Counted from the first letter of the stretch, positions 17,719 to 27,948 are shown. The stretch: DNA of 64,000 bases from an uncultured Planctomycetales bacterium (GCA_937927735.1 CALBRZ010000133.1:71903-135902); one strand, 5' to 3'. Numbers and translations are program-made. Notes: generated by a model not told the origin, from the letters alone.

Positions 17719-18705
17719 ATGACCATCAACTGGCCCCGTTTTGTGGAAATTGTCAAGCAGCATCAGCGGTTCCTGCTGATCAGCCATATTCGCCCCGACT
17801 GCGATGCCCTGGGCAGCCAGCTTGGCATGGCCGGCGTGCTCGACGCGCTGGGCAAGGACGTGCGGATCGTCAACGGTCACGCGGTGCCGCCCAACCTGGC
17901 GTTCATCGATCCCGACAAGCGGATCAAGCAATTGGGCACCGACGTGCAGCCGGAGTCGCTGGCCGACGTCGAGGTGATCATGATCCTCGACACCAGCGCC
18001 TGGCAGCAGCTCGGCGAGATGGGTCCGGTCATCCGCAACAGTAACGCCCTGAAGCTGGTGCTCGACCATCACGTGGGTGAGGACGACCTGGGAGCCGAAC
18101 TGTTCAAGAACACCCAGGCCGAGGCCACCGGCCGGCTGGTCTATGAGGCCGCCGAACAGCTTGGCGTACCCCTCAACGAGGCCATCGCCAACGCCCTGTT
18201 CGCGGCCGTGGCGACCGACACCGGCTGGTTCCGCTTCAACTCGACCACCGCGTATACGTATGCCCTGGCCGGAAAGCTGGTGGCTGCCGGCGCGAATCCC
18301 ACCCGGATCTATCACGACCTGTACGAGCAGGACACGTTGGCCCGGCTGCAACTGCGGGGGCGGATCCTGGCCCGCACGCAGACGGAGCTGGACGGCCGCT
18401 TGGCCCACACGGCCGTGTTGCGTGAGGATTTCGAGGCCACCGGCGCGTTGGCTTCGGACACCGAAGACGTGGTCAACCTGACACTGGCCGTCAAGGGCGT
18501 GGAGGTCGCCGTGATCCTGGTGGAGCAGGCGACCGGCGGATTCAAGATCAGCTTCCGCAGCCGCACCGCCGCGGTCGATTGCAGCAAGCTGGCCAGCAGT
18601 TTTGGCGGTGGCGGACACAAGGCGGCGGCGGGGGCATTTGTGCCGGGTACCTTTGAGGAGGCCCAGGCCAAAGTGCTTGACGCTGTGCGCGCGGCAATGC
18701 GATAA
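17719..18705 (+). CDS. nrnA: DHH-family phosphoesterase (NrnA-type oligoribonuclease / pAp phosphatase)
   Basis: The DHH motifs are FLLISHIRPDCDALGS, ILDTS and LDHH. The DHHA1 end reads FGGGGHKAAAGA. Internal ATG at 17719 (MTINWPRF). Confidence 0.85.
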   Translation: MTINWPRFVEIVKQHQRFLLISHIRPDCDALGSQLGMAGVLDALGKDVRIVNGHAVPPNLAFIDPDKRIKQLGTDVQPESLADVEVIMILDTSAWQQLGEMGPVIRNSNALKLVLDHHVGEDDLGAELFKNTQAEATGRLVYEAAEQLGVPLNEAIANALFAAVATDTGWFRFNSTTAYTYALAGKLVAAGANPTRIYHDLYEQDTLARLQLRGRILARTQTELDGRLAHTAVLREDFEATGALASDTEDVVNLTLAVKGVEVAVILVEQATGGFKISFRSRTAAVDCSKLASSFGGGGHKAAAGAFVPGTFEEAQAKVLDAVRAAMR

Positions 18706-19033
18706 TTCGGCAAGTGGTTATGCGTCGTTTTCCCCAAATAACAGCGGTGGTTACGCGTTTTGGCGTGCGGCCGCGCCGGTGGTTTCCATCTGCGAAATCG
18801 CCTGGGGGGAACAGCGAACGGCAGACCACTCACCACGCGGCGTGGCCGGCAGCTTCGGCCCTGACTGCCGTTAATGTGCCCGCCGCCAGACCCTCCCACC
18901 GCAAGCATTCCCTCCCAGTATGTTACGGCATCTCCTGTAGCTCAGCCGCACCGGTAAAACCGTGGCCCGCGGCGGCAGCGGCAGCCGTGTTTGCCGTTTC
19001 TCGTGCTTGCTAACCACCTTGCGATCGAGAGCC

Positions 19034-19639
19034 ATGACGACTTCGAAAAGCTCCGGTTCTTCAGCTTCGCCCAGCGAAGCAGCAGAACGTGACGACCGCC
19101 GCGGATTCTTAACCAAACTGTTAGCTGCCGTGTTCGGCGCGGTGCTTATCACGGTGCCGCTGGTGACGGGCTTGATGACGTTCTTCAGCCCGTTGCGCCG
19201 CCGGGGTAGCGGTGGCTCCAAGGACTTCATCCGCGTGGCGTTCCTGGACGAGATCCCCCTGGACGGCACGCCGCGGCGGTTCCAAGTGATCGCCGACATG
19301 TGGGACAAGTGGACCTTCAGCCCGCAGCAACCGATCGGTTCGGTATTCTTGGCGCGGGCGGAGCCCTCGACGGACAACTTGCGCTGCTTCAACACGATCT
19401 GCCCGCACGCCGGCTGCTCGGTGCGTCTGGCCGACAACGGCGACCAGAAGGAGTTCAAGTGCCCGTGCCACAATAGTGCCTTCCACCTGGACGGCAGCGT
19501 GATCCAGCCCACGCCCAGCCCGCGCGGCCTGGATACGCTCGAAGTTGAACTGCGTCCGGGCGCTAACGGCCGGCAAGAGGTTTGGGTCCGCTACGAAAAC
19601 TTCTACACCGGCAAAGCCGAGAAGGTCGCCAAGGCATGA
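19034..19639 (+). CDS. Rieske [2Fe-2S] subunit of a cytochrome bc-type complex
   Basis: The Rieske boxes are CPHAGC and CPCHNSAF. There is an N-terminal TM or Tat-like segment (RRGFLTKLLAAVFGAVLITV). The stop overlaps the next start in an ATGA at 19636..19639. Confidence 0.9.
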   Translation: MTTSKSSGSSASPSEAAERDDRRGFLTKLLAAVFGAVLITVPLVTGLMTFFSPLRRRGSGGSKDFIRVAFLDEIPLDGTPRRFQVIADMWDKWTFSPQQPIGSVFLARAEPSTDNLRCFNTICPHAGCSVRLADNGDQKEFKCPCHNSAFHLDGSVIQPTPSPRGLDTLEVELRPGANGRQEVWVRYENFYTGKAEKVAKA

Positions 19640-21546
19640 GCAAGTTCACCGATTGGCTCGACCATCGCACCGGGTATCGAGCACTGCTGCACGAGGCTTT
19701 GTACGAGAACATCCCCGGCGGCGCCCGCTGGCGCTACGTGTGGGGAAGCACGCTGGTCTTCGCGTTTACGGTGCAATTGATCACCGGCGTGTTCTTGTGG
19801 ATGGCGTACAGCCCCAGCGATAACACCGCCTGGGAAAGCGTGTACTACATCCAGACGCAGATGGAAGGCGGCTGGCTGCTCCGCGGTATCCATCACTTCA
19901 TGGCCCAGGCCATGGTGGTGCTGCTGGGGCTGCACCTGATGCAGGTCGTGTGGGACGGGGCCTACAAGGCGCCGCGCGAAGTCAACTTCTGGGTCGGCCT
20001 GATCCTGATGCTGATCGTGCTGGGCTTGTCCCTCACCGGCTACCTGTTGCCCTGGGATCAGAAGGGTTACTGGGCCACGGCCGTGGCCACCAACCTCTCG
20101 GGCCTGACCCCGGCGGTCGGCCCCGAGGTGCAAACCCTGGTGGTGGGCGGCGAGAAGTACGGCCACCACACCCTCACGCGGTTCTTCGCGCTGCACGCCG
20201 GCATCCTGCCCGGCTTGCTGATTGCCTTGCTGATCGTCCACCTGGCAGTGTTCCGCCGGCATGGGCTGCATGCCAAGCAGCCGATCACGCGGCCCGACCA
20301 GTCGTTCTGGCCCGACCAGGTACTCAAGGACGCCATCGCCTGCTTGGCCGTGCTGGCCGTGGTGCTGGCGCTGTCGTTCTACTTCAAGGGCGCCGAGCTG
20401 TACGCTCCGGCCGACGGCGCGAAGGAATACTCGGCCGCTCGTCCCGAGTGGTACTTCCTGTTCCTGTTCCAGTTCCTCAAGCTGTTTGAGGGCTACGGTG
20501 AAACCGGCGAGTTCGTCGGCGCGATCGTGGTCCCCGGCCTGGTGATGCTGGTGCTGTTCTTGATGCCGCTCACCGGCCGCGTCAAGGCAGGGCACTACTT
20601 CAACGTGGCCTTCATCCTGGTGCTGCTGGGCGGTGCCGGCTTCCTGACCTACGAGGCCATCAAAGAGGACATGGGCAACCAGGACTACGCCAACGCGGTG
20701 TGGGTTGCCCACCAGAACCGCGACCTGGCGTTGCACCTGGCCGAGGAAGGTATCCCCGCCCAGGGGCATCGCTACCAGATGCGCAACCATCCCAAGGCCG
20801 TGGCGCTGACCACCATCACCGAAACCTGCTTTGCCTGCCACGGCTACTCCGATAGCCAGGGCCACGGTTTTGTGCTGGGCGATCGCTCGGCGGCGCCCAA
20901 CCTGTACGGCTTTGGCACCCGCGAATGGGTCAAGGGCCTGCTCGATCCCAATCGGGTCGATGGCCCCGACTACTTCGGCAACACCGCCCTCAAGGAAGGC
21001 ACTATGGTCTCCTACGTGAAGGAGGACATGCAGGCCGCCGACAGCGGTTACACGCCCGAAGTTATTGAGCAGATCGCCGTGGCGCTGGCGGCCGAAGCGG
21101 GCCACGAACCGGAAACCCAGGCCGACAAGGAACTGCTGGAGAAGGGCCGGGCCATCCTCAGCGACGAGGAAAAATGTGCCCAGTGCCACAAGTTCCACGA
21201 TGCCGGCTCCGAAGGCAGTGCTCCGGACCTCACCGGCTGGGGCTCGCGGGAATGGCTCATCGGCATGATCTCCAACCCCAATGCCGAACGGTTCTATGGC
21301 CACGTGTTCTCCAGCGATCCCAGCAGCAACCAGCAGATGATGCCGGCGTTCGGCCATGTGGAAGGCGCCGACTTCCCGACCGAGAACCTCAGCCCCGAAG
21401 TGATCGGCTATATGGCCGATTGGCTCCGCGGCGAGTTGCTCAAGCGGCCGGAAAAGGAGAGTGCCGGCGCGGCTCAGCCCGAGGCTGCTCCGGCGGCCGA
21501 TGGCGAGAACGCGGCCCCGGCCGAGGATCCCACCAAGGCCAACTAG
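19636..21546 (+). CDS. Cytochrome b fused to a C-terminal c-type cytochrome region with two CxxCH motifs
   Basis: The cytochrome b N-terminus reads FTDWLDHRTGYRALLHEALYENIPGGARWRYVWGSTLVFAFTVQLITGVFLWMAY, and RGIHHF and LPWDQ are present. The C-terminal part carries CFACH and CAQCH. Confidence 0.9.
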   Translation: MSKFTDWLDHRTGYRALLHEALYENIPGGARWRYVWGSTLVFAFTVQLITGVFLWMAYSPSDNTAWESVYYIQTQMEGGWLLRGIHHFMAQAMVVLLGLHLMQVVWDGAYKAPREVNFWVGLILMLIVLGLSLTGYLLPWDQKGYWATAVATNLSGLTPAVGPEVQTLVVGGEKYGHHTLTRFFALHAGILPGLLIALLIVHLAVFRRHGLHAKQPITRPDQSFWPDQVLKDAIACLAVLAVVLALSFYFKGAELYAPADGAKEYSAARPEWYFLFLFQFLKLFEGYGETGEFVGAIVVPGLVMLVLFLMPLTGRVKAGHYFNVAFILVLLGGAGFLTYEAIKEDMGNQDYANAVWVAHQNRDLALHLAEEGIPAQGHRYQMRNHPKAVALTTITETCFACHGYSDSQGHGFVLGDRSAAPNLYGFGTREWVKGLLDPNRVDGPDYFGNTALKEGTMVSYVKEDMQAADSGYTPEVIEQIAVALAAEAGHEPETQADKELLEKGRAILSDEEKCAQCHKFHDAGSEGSAPDLTGWGSREWLIGMISNPNAERFYGHVFSSDPSSNQQMMPAFGHVEGADFPTENLSPEVIGYMADWLRGELLKRPEKESAGAAQPEAAPAADGENAAPAEDPTKAN

Positions 21547-21596
21547 CACGCTTCGGGCAGCACACTGCCCCGAACTGCAAGTGAAGTGGTGCAACC

Positions 21597-21640
21597 AAAA
21601 AACGGCTCCGCGACGTGTTTCGCCGCGGAGCCGTTTTGCT
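21597..21640. terminator. Bidirectional rho-independent terminator between the cytochrome b fusion (+) and rtcB (-)
   Basis: A perfect stem (aacggctccgcg / cgcggagccgtt) is extended by an A-run on the 5' side and a T-run on the 3' side, so either strand gives a hairpin followed by a U-tract. Confidence 0.7.
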
Positions 21641-21657
21641 TTGCGGGCGGCTGTTCG

Positions 21658-23043
21658 TTAGTCCTCGGCACGGCTACCGTCGCCGCACATCTTGACGATC
21701 TTCGGCTGGAACTGGGCCACGACGTCGACCAGGTCCTGTTGTTCGCGCATCACATCGCGAATGTCCTTGTAGACGCCCGGCACTTCGTCCGCCCCGGCCG
21801 AGAGGACAACGATCCCCTTGGCCTCCAGCTCCTTTTTCACCGTGCTGAAGCGGTACTGATTCTTGGCCGCGGTGCGCGACATGCGTCGCCCCGCTCCATG
21901 TGCGGCCGAGTTGAAGCTTTCCGGGCAACCGCGACCGCGGACCACGAATGCCGGGTCGGCCATCGAGCCGGGGATTACGCCCAGCACACCTTTACCGGCA
22001 GGCGTCGCCCCCTTGCGGTGGACGATCACCTCCTGCCCGTTGTGGACTTCCTTCCAGGCAAAGTTGTGGTGGTTTTCGACACCGGCCACGATCTCCGCCC
22101 CCAGCAACTCCGTCACGCGACGGTGAATCACCGCGTGATTGGCCGCCGCGTAATCGCCCATCAGGTTCATTGCCGCCCAGTATTCCTGGCCGGCCTCGGT
22201 ATCGAGGTCCAGCCATGCCAGTTGACCGGCTTCCTTGTACTGGCTCGGCAAACGACTACGGGCGATGTTGCTGTACGTGGAGCACACGGCGGCACCCGCA
22301 CCCCGGCTGCCGCTGTGGCTCATCAGGGCGACGTATCGGCCGGCTTCCAATCCCAGCTCAGGGTCAGCTTCAGGCAACGTCAAAATGCCGAACTCGACAA
22401 AGTGGTTGCCCGACCCCGACGTACCCAACTGCCGCCACGCCGTGTCCTTCTTTTCGCGCGTGATGCGGGTAATTTCCCAGTCCTGATCCATGACCGGGTG
22501 GTAATGGGGCTGTTTGTACTCAGCCCCCACGCCAAAGCGCGTACCTTTCTCCAGAGCCTGCTGGAAGCGTTCCGAACGCTCGTGCAGGTCTTCCACCGGC
22601 ACGTCGAGGACCGACAGCTTCATGCGGCACGCGATATCCACGCCCACCGCGTAGGGCACGACGGCGTTGAGGGTCGCCAGCACGCCGCCAATCGGCAGCC
22701 CATAGCCGACGTGGGCGTCGGGCATCAGGGCTGCGCCGACCGCAATCGGCAGCGCGCACGCCTGCCGCATTTGCTGGTGTGCGTTGGCATCGATTTCGGT
22801 TCCCCAGGTGCGGTAGGTGACCGGCTCGGATTGCACGGGCTGATCCGTGCGGGTGAGCTCGGCCGCCAGCGCCCCGAAGTGAGGATCGTCGAGGTACGCC
22901 TGAGGCTGCTTTGCCAACTGCTTCAAAATACGCTTGGCTTCCTTCCCGCGCATACCGGTCGCCATGGCCTCTTGAATGCCTTTGACGGCCAGCGGCGCAC
23001 ACTCGCGCGGAATCCCCAAGGCTTGTAGTTGTTTCGCGTTCAT
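21658..23043 (-). CDS. rtcB: RNA ligase RtcB
   Basis: 461 aa with RtcB blocks: MPDAHVGYGLPIGGV, GSGNHFVEFG, HSGSRG, HHNFAW and AHGAGR. Confidence 0.9.
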   Translation of the reverse strand: MNAKQLQALGIPRECAPLAVKGIQEAMATGMRGKEAKRILKQLAKQPQAYLDDPHFGALAAELTRTDQPVQSEPVTYRTWGTEIDANAHQQMRQACALPIAVGAALMPDAHVGYGLPIGGVLATLNAVVPYAVGVDIACRMKLSVLDVPVEDLHERSERFQQALEKGTRFGVGAEYKQPHYHPVMDQDWEITRITREKKDTAWRQLGTSGSGNHFVEFGILTLPEADPELGLEAGRYVALMSHSGSRGAGAAVCSTYSNIARSRLPSQYKEAGQLAWLDLDTEAGQEYWAAMNLMGDYAAANHAVIHRRVTELLGAEIVAGVENHHNFAWKEVHNGQEVIVHRKGATPAGKGVLGVIPGSMADPAFVVRGRGCPESFNSAAHGAGRRMSRTAAKNQYRFSTVKKELEAKGIVVLSAGADEVPGVYKDIRDVMREQQDLVDVVAQFQPKIVKMCGDGSRAED

Positions 23044-23440
23044 ACGGTTTGGACTTCCTGCCCTGGTTGCAGGCAGCCATTACAAGGCGGCAGCCCCGAA
23101 GGAGACACCTGGTCACCGGCTGCCGCTTGGACTGCCTGGCAGATTTCAAAGAATCCAAAAGATCGCCGGCCCAACACCGGCCCCCCGCCGGACGAACGAC
23201 CGGCCTGGATCATAGTGCCGCAAAGGCCAAGCGGAATTGCCTTTACGGCGGCGGCAGGGCCCAACCTTGCCGCCCAATCAGGAACATGAGGCGGATCCGC
23301 TACGACCATACCAAAGTGGCATGCTGCCTCCGCTGTGATCCTATCGACATCGCCGGCCAGGGCAAGGTTCACCCCCCGTTTGGTTCTGGTAGCGTGCGTG
23401 CCTGAAGAGGCACGCCATCGGCGCTGTCCGCGCATGAACA

Positions 23441-23476
23441 CGGGGAGCCGCGGCTAGTAGCAACCGCGGCTCCCCG
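23441..23476 (-). terminator. Strong hairpin downstream of the RND operon
   Basis: A perfect 13-bp stem (cggggagccgcgg / ccgcggctccccg) with a 10-nt loop lies 25 nt beyond the pump stop codon. On the transcribed strand the U-run precedes the hairpin rather than following it, so it is not a canonical terminator. Confidence 0.45.
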
Positions 23477-23500
23477 ATGGTGAAAAAAACGTTGACAAGG

Positions 23501-26500
23501 TTAGTGGGCGGCCGTCGTCGTAGCGTGGACGCCGTGAACCGCGCCGTTGGTCGCGGGCTCGTCGTGCGCCTCCCCGGCGGGCTGGGGCCGTTCGCGTTTG
23601 CTGAAGAACTCGCCCATCCGCTGGAAGATCACAAAGAACACCGGCACGAAGAACACGGCCAGCACGGTCGAGGCAATCATGCCGCCGAACACGGCCGTAC
23701 CCAGCGCCCGCTGACCAGCGGCACCGGCACCTTCGGCCACCACCAGCGGCACCACGCCCAGGATGAACGCAAACGACGTCATCAAAATGGGCCGGAACCG
23801 CAACCGCGAGGCTTCCACTGCCGCTTCAAGGATGCCTTCGCCGCGGCGGCGGATATCGCGGGCAAACTCCACGATCAGAATCGCGTTCTTGCTCGCCAGA
23901 GCGATGATCAGCACGATGCCGATCTGCGTGTAGATGTTGATATCCATCCCGCGGAACGACACGGCGGCCACCGCCCCCAACAGGCCCAGCGGCACCACCA
24001 GAATCACGGCGGCCGGCGTGAACCAGCTTTCGTACTGGGCGGCCAGCACGAGGTACACCAGCAACACGGCCATGCCGAACACCAGAATCCCTTCGCCGCC
24101 AACCCGCTTTTCCTGGTAGGCCATACCGGTCCAGTCGTAGCCCATCTGCGAAGACAACGTCCGGTCGGCAATCTGCTCCATCAGCAGCAAGGCATCGCCG
24201 GTACTATACCCCTGAGCGGGTTCCCCGGTGATCGATGCCGACGGATACAGGTTGTACCGGTTGATGGTTTGCGGACCGAACGACTTGTGTACGGTGGCCA
24301 CGGCTCCCAGGGGAACCATTTGCCCCTTGCGGTTGCGGACCTCCAACTGCTCGATGTCCTCGGGCTGAGCCCGGAACTCGGGGGCGGCCTGGACGCGCAC
24401 CTGGTAGATGCGGCCGAACTTGTTGAAGTCGTTCACATAGGCCGAACCGAGGTTCGCCTGCAACGTGGAGAACACCGCTTGCAGCGGGATATCCAGGGCT
24501 TTGACCTTCTCGCGGTCGATGTCCACGTACAACTGCGGCACACCGGCCCGGAACGTCGAGTTCACCTGGTACAGCGCCGACTGCGTGCGGGCATCCTGCA
24601 CGATCTGCTGCACCGCCTGGAACAGGGCGTTGCGGCCCACGTCGGCCCGGTCTTCGACCTGCATTTCGAAACCACCGCGAACGCCCAGCCCGCGAATCGA
24701 CGGCGGCGGGAAGGCAAAGGCGATCGCTTCTTTGATGGTGCTGAGCTTGCCTTGGATTTCGCCCAACAGGCGTTCGAGCGTCAATCCTCGCTTGAACCGT
24801 TCTTCCCACGGCGAGAACGAGATAAACAGCGTACCGGAGTTGGACGCGCTACTGTTGTCCAGCAGCGAGAGACCGCCGATGGTGATCCAGCTATCGATGC
24901 CGTCCATGCCCGTCAGCATGTCGTCGATCTTGCGCATCACCTCGGTGGTGCGCTGCTGCGAGGCGCCGTCGGGCAGTTGCACGGCGACCATCACGTAGCC
25001 CTGGTCCTCGGTCGGCAGGAACCCGGTGGGCACCCGCACGTACCACCAGCCGGTAAGCACGATCAGGCCGATGAAGATCAGCATCACGAACACCACGTGC
25101 CGCACCAACACCCGCACAATGGCCGTGTACAGGCTCTCGAACCAGCCGTACACGCGGTTGAAGCCGCGGGCGAGGATGTTCTTCTGCGGCTTGGGCGGCC
25201 GCAGCCACATGGCGCACTGCGCCGGCTTGAGTGTCAAAGCGTTGATGGCGCTGATGATCGCCGTGGCGGCAATCGTTAACGCAAACTGGCGGTACAACTG
25301 GCCGGTGATGCCGCCCAGAAACGCGCTGGGCATGAACACGGCCATCAGCACCAGCGTGATGCCGATGATCGGCCCCAACACTTCGGACATGGCCTTGATG
25401 GTCGCCGGCTTGGGCGCCATGCCCGCCTCGATATGGTGGGCCGCGTTTTCCACGATCACAATGGCGTCGTCGACCACGATACCGATCGCCAGCACCAGGC
25501 CGAACAGCGTCAGCATATTGACCGAGAAGCCCAGCGCGGCCATGGCCGCGAACGCGCCGATGATCGTCACCGGCACCGTGGTGGCAGGAATCAGCACCGC
25601 CCGCCAGTCCTGCAAGAACACCAGGATCACGATCAGCACCAGCACGCCGGCTTCGATCAGCGTCTTGTAGACTTCATGAATCGAGGCTTCGACGAACTGG
25701 GTCGTGTCCAGCGGGAAGGTGTATTCCATCCCCTCGGGGAAGGAGCGGCTCAGCCGCTTCATCGCCTCGCGGACCTGATGGGCCACATCCAAGGCGTTAC
25801 TGCCCGGCAACTGGTAGATGCCGATGTTGGCGGTCGGCTTGCCGTTGTACAGGTTGAATTGATCATAGGACTGGGCCCCCAGCTCGACCCGGGCGATATC
25901 CTTGAGCCGGGTCATCTGCACGCCGTCGCCCGACTTGACGATGATGTTCTCGAACTGTTCGACGTCGCTCAACCGCCCCAGCGTGGTGACGGTGTACTGG
26001 AACGCGAGGTCGCCGTCATCCTGCGGCGGCTGGCCGATCTGACCGGCGGCCACCTGCACGTTCTGCTCGCGGATGACGTCCATCACGTCTTCGGTGGTGA
26101 GGCCGCGGACCTTGAGCTTCTCGGGGTCCAGCCAGATGCGCATGCTGTAGTTGCCCGTGCCGAACACGGTCACTTCGCCCACGCCCGGCACACGGCTCAA
26201 CTCGTCACGCAAGCGGAGCGTGGCATAGTTGGCCAGAAACAGGCTGTCGTACCGGTTGTCGGGCGAGATCAGCGAGATCACCAGAATGATGTTCGTCGAC
26301 TGCTTCTTGGTGGTCACGCCTTGCCGGCGGACTTCCTCGGGCAGCATCGGCTCAGCGATCGCCACGCGGTTCTGGACGAGCACCTGGGCGTCGTCCAGGT
26401 CGGTGCCGATGTCGAACGTCACCGTGAGCGAGTACGAACCGTCGCTGGACGACGTGGACGACATGTAGAGCATGTTTTCCACGCCGTTGACCTGCTGCTC

Positions 26501-26698
26501 GATGGGCGCGGCCACGGTATTGGCCACCACCTCGGCGTTGGCCCCCGGGTAGTTGGTCGTCACGCGCACGGTGGGCGGCGTGATCTCGGGGTATTGCTCA
26601 ACCGGCAGCGACCACAACGACACGGCGCCGATCAGCACCGTGATGATCGCGATCACGTTCGCGAAGATCGGCCGATCGATGAAAAAGTTGGATATCAT
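23501..26698 (-). CDS. RND-family multidrug efflux pump, inner-membrane permease (AcrB/HAE1 type)
   Basis: 1065 aa starting MISNFFIDRPIFANVIAIITVLIGAVSL, with typical RND blocks throughout. Its start overlaps the adaptor gene stop by 4 nt. Confidence 0.9.
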   Translation of the reverse strand: MISNFFIDRPIFANVIAIITVLIGAVSLWSLPVEQYPEITPPTVRVTTNYPGANAEVVANTVAAPIEQQVNGVENMLYMSSTSSSDGSYSLTVTFDIGTDLDDAQVLVQNRVAIAEPMLPEEVRRQGVTTKKQSTNIILVISLISPDNRYDSLFLANYATLRLRDELSRVPGVGEVTVFGTGNYSMRIWLDPEKLKVRGLTTEDVMDVIREQNVQVAAGQIGQPPQDDGDLAFQYTVTTLGRLSDVEQFENIIVKSGDGVQMTRLKDIARVELGAQSYDQFNLYNGKPTANIGIYQLPGSNALDVAHQVREAMKRLSRSFPEGMEYTFPLDTTQFVEASIHEVYKTLIEAGVLVLIVILVFLQDWRAVLIPATTVPVTIIGAFAAMAALGFSVNMLTLFGLVLAIGIVVDDAIVIVENAAHHIEAGMAPKPATIKAMSEVLGPIIGITLVLMAVFMPSAFLGGITGQLYRQFALTIAATAIISAINALTLKPAQCAMWLRPPKPQKNILARGFNRVYGWFESLYTAIVRVLVRHVVFVMLIFIGLIVLTGWWYVRVPTGFLPTEDQGYVMVAVQLPDGASQQRTTEVMRKIDDMLTGMDGIDSWITIGGLSLLDNSSASNSGTLFISFSPWEERFKRGLTLERLLGEIQGKLSTIKEAIAFAFPPPSIRGLGVRGGFEMQVEDRADVGRNALFQAVQQIVQDARTQSALYQVNSTFRAGVPQLYVDIDREKVKALDIPLQAVFSTLQANLGSAYVNDFNKFGRIYQVRVQAAPEFRAQPEDIEQLEVRNRKGQMVPLGAVATVHKSFGPQTINRYNLYPSASITGEPAQGYSTGDALLLMEQIADRTLSSQMGYDWTGMAYQEKRVGGEGILVFGMAVLLVYLVLAAQYESWFTPAAVILVVPLGLLGAVAAVSFRGMDINIYTQIGIVLIIALASKNAILIVEFARDIRRRGEGILEAAVEASRLRFRPILMTSFAFILGVVPLVVAEGAGAAGQRALGTAVFGGMIASTVLAVFFVPVFFVIFQRMGEFFSKRERPQPAGEAHDEPATNGAVHGVHATTTAAH

Positions 26699-27948
26699 CG
26701 CGCGCGTGGCCCTTGCTGTTGAGAGAGTGTCTGGCTCGGGGAGGGCGCGCGTCCGGCCGCTACCGTTCCGGCCATCTCATCCGACTGAGCAACCATCGTC
26801 GTCTGTTGCGGATTGACCTCCGCCCCCGGCAACGCCCGCTGCAGGCCGTTCACCACGACCCATTCGCCAGGCTGAACGCCTTCCTCGATCACCCGCAGCG
26901 AACCCACGCGGGCCCCCAGCCGCACCGGGCGGTACTCCACCTTGTTCTCAGCGTTCACCACCAGCACAAAGTCGCCGCGCTGGTCGGCCCCCAGGGCCAC
27001 TTCACTGACCAGCAACTTGGGCGTCGGCTCGCCAATGGGAGCCCGCACTCGCACGAACAAACCGGGCACCAGTTGGCCATCGGGGTTGGGAATCCGCGCC
27101 CGCCGCATGGTAGTACCGGTGCTGGGGTCCACGCCGAATTCGCGGAAGTCGAGTGTGGCCTGGTAGGGATAGTTGTTCTGATAGCCCAGCCCCACATACA
27201 GCACCGGCGGCTTGCGATTGGGGTCGGGAAGTTGGTTATTGCGCATCATCTCCATGAACTGGAGGAGCTGGCTTTCGCTCACGCTGAAGTAGACGTGAAT
27301 GGGATCGACGCTTTCGATCACAGCCAGCACGGTCTGCTCGCGCTGCACCAGGTTGCCCACGTCGACCAGGTGCTGGCCGATCCGGCCTGACATCGGGGCA
27401 TAGATCTTGGTGTAGCTGAGATCCAGTTCGGCCCGATCCAGGGCAGCCTGGGCGGCAGCCACGTTGGCCCGGGCAGACGCCAGTTCGGCCGCCTTCACGT
27501 CGCGCTCGCTGGGCGTGATGGCGCCGCGCCGATAAGCGTCTTCGATTCGGTTCCATTCCGACTCGGCAAGTTGTAGTGCCGTCTGCATTTTCTGCAGTTC
27601 GGCTGCGGCCGAGTTGCGAGCGACTTCGTATTCGGCCGGCTCGATCTCAAACAGCAACTGCCCCTGCTTGACGTCGTCGCCGTCCTTGAAATGGATGGCC
27701 TTGAGATAACCGTTCACCCGAGCGCGGAGTTCGACCTTGGCCGCGGCCCGAGTGGTGCCGGTAAAGTCCATCCAGTTGACTACCTCTTGTTGCACCGGCT
27801 GAGCCACGGTGACTTCGGGCGGAGGCGGCGGTTGAAACTTGTTCTCGCGTTCGCAACCCGAGAGCCCCAGAAGCGCAAACGCTCCCGCCATACCGAGCAA
27901 TCCCACCCGGTAGCGTACGTTGGATGCTGCTGCACGAAACCAACTCAT
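26695..27948 (-). CDS. RND efflux periplasmic adaptor (membrane fusion protein), lipoprotein
   Basis: A lipobox LLGLSGC is present. An HlyD/AcrA-type coiled-coil hairpin (AQAALDRAELDLSYTKIYAPMSGRIG) and a beta-barrel region follow. Confidence 0.85.
   Translation of the reverse strand: MSWFRAAASNVRYRVGLLGMAGAFALLGLSGCERENKFQPPPPPEVTVAQPVQQEVVNWMDFTGTTRAAAKVELRARVNGYLKAIHFKDGDDVKQGQLLFEIEPAEYEVARNSAAAELQKMQTALQLAESEWNRIEDAYRRGAITPSERDVKAAELASARANVAAAQAALDRAELDLSYTKIYAPMSGRIGQHLVDVGNLVQREQTVLAVIESVDPIHVYFSVSESQLLQFMEMMRNNQLPDPNRKPPVLYVGLGYQNNYPYQATLDFREFGVDPSTGTTMRRARIPNPDGQLVPGLFVRVRAPIGEPTPKLLVSEVALGADQRGDFVLVVNAENKVEYRPVRLGARVGSLRVIEEGVQPGEWVVVNGLQRALPGAEVNPQQTTMVAQSDEMAGTVAAGRAPSPSQTLSQQQGPRAR

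Noticed and set aside
23040-23441. The upstream ORF coupled to rtcB, considered as a candidate archease (the usual RtcB activator)
   Set aside because: None of the reading frames in this region contains archease-like text as I recall it (no HTADIG-like N-terminus and no C-terminal ATYH-like block). The composition and third-position GC content are atypical for coding sequence here. I kept it only as a low-interest item under the rtcB finding.
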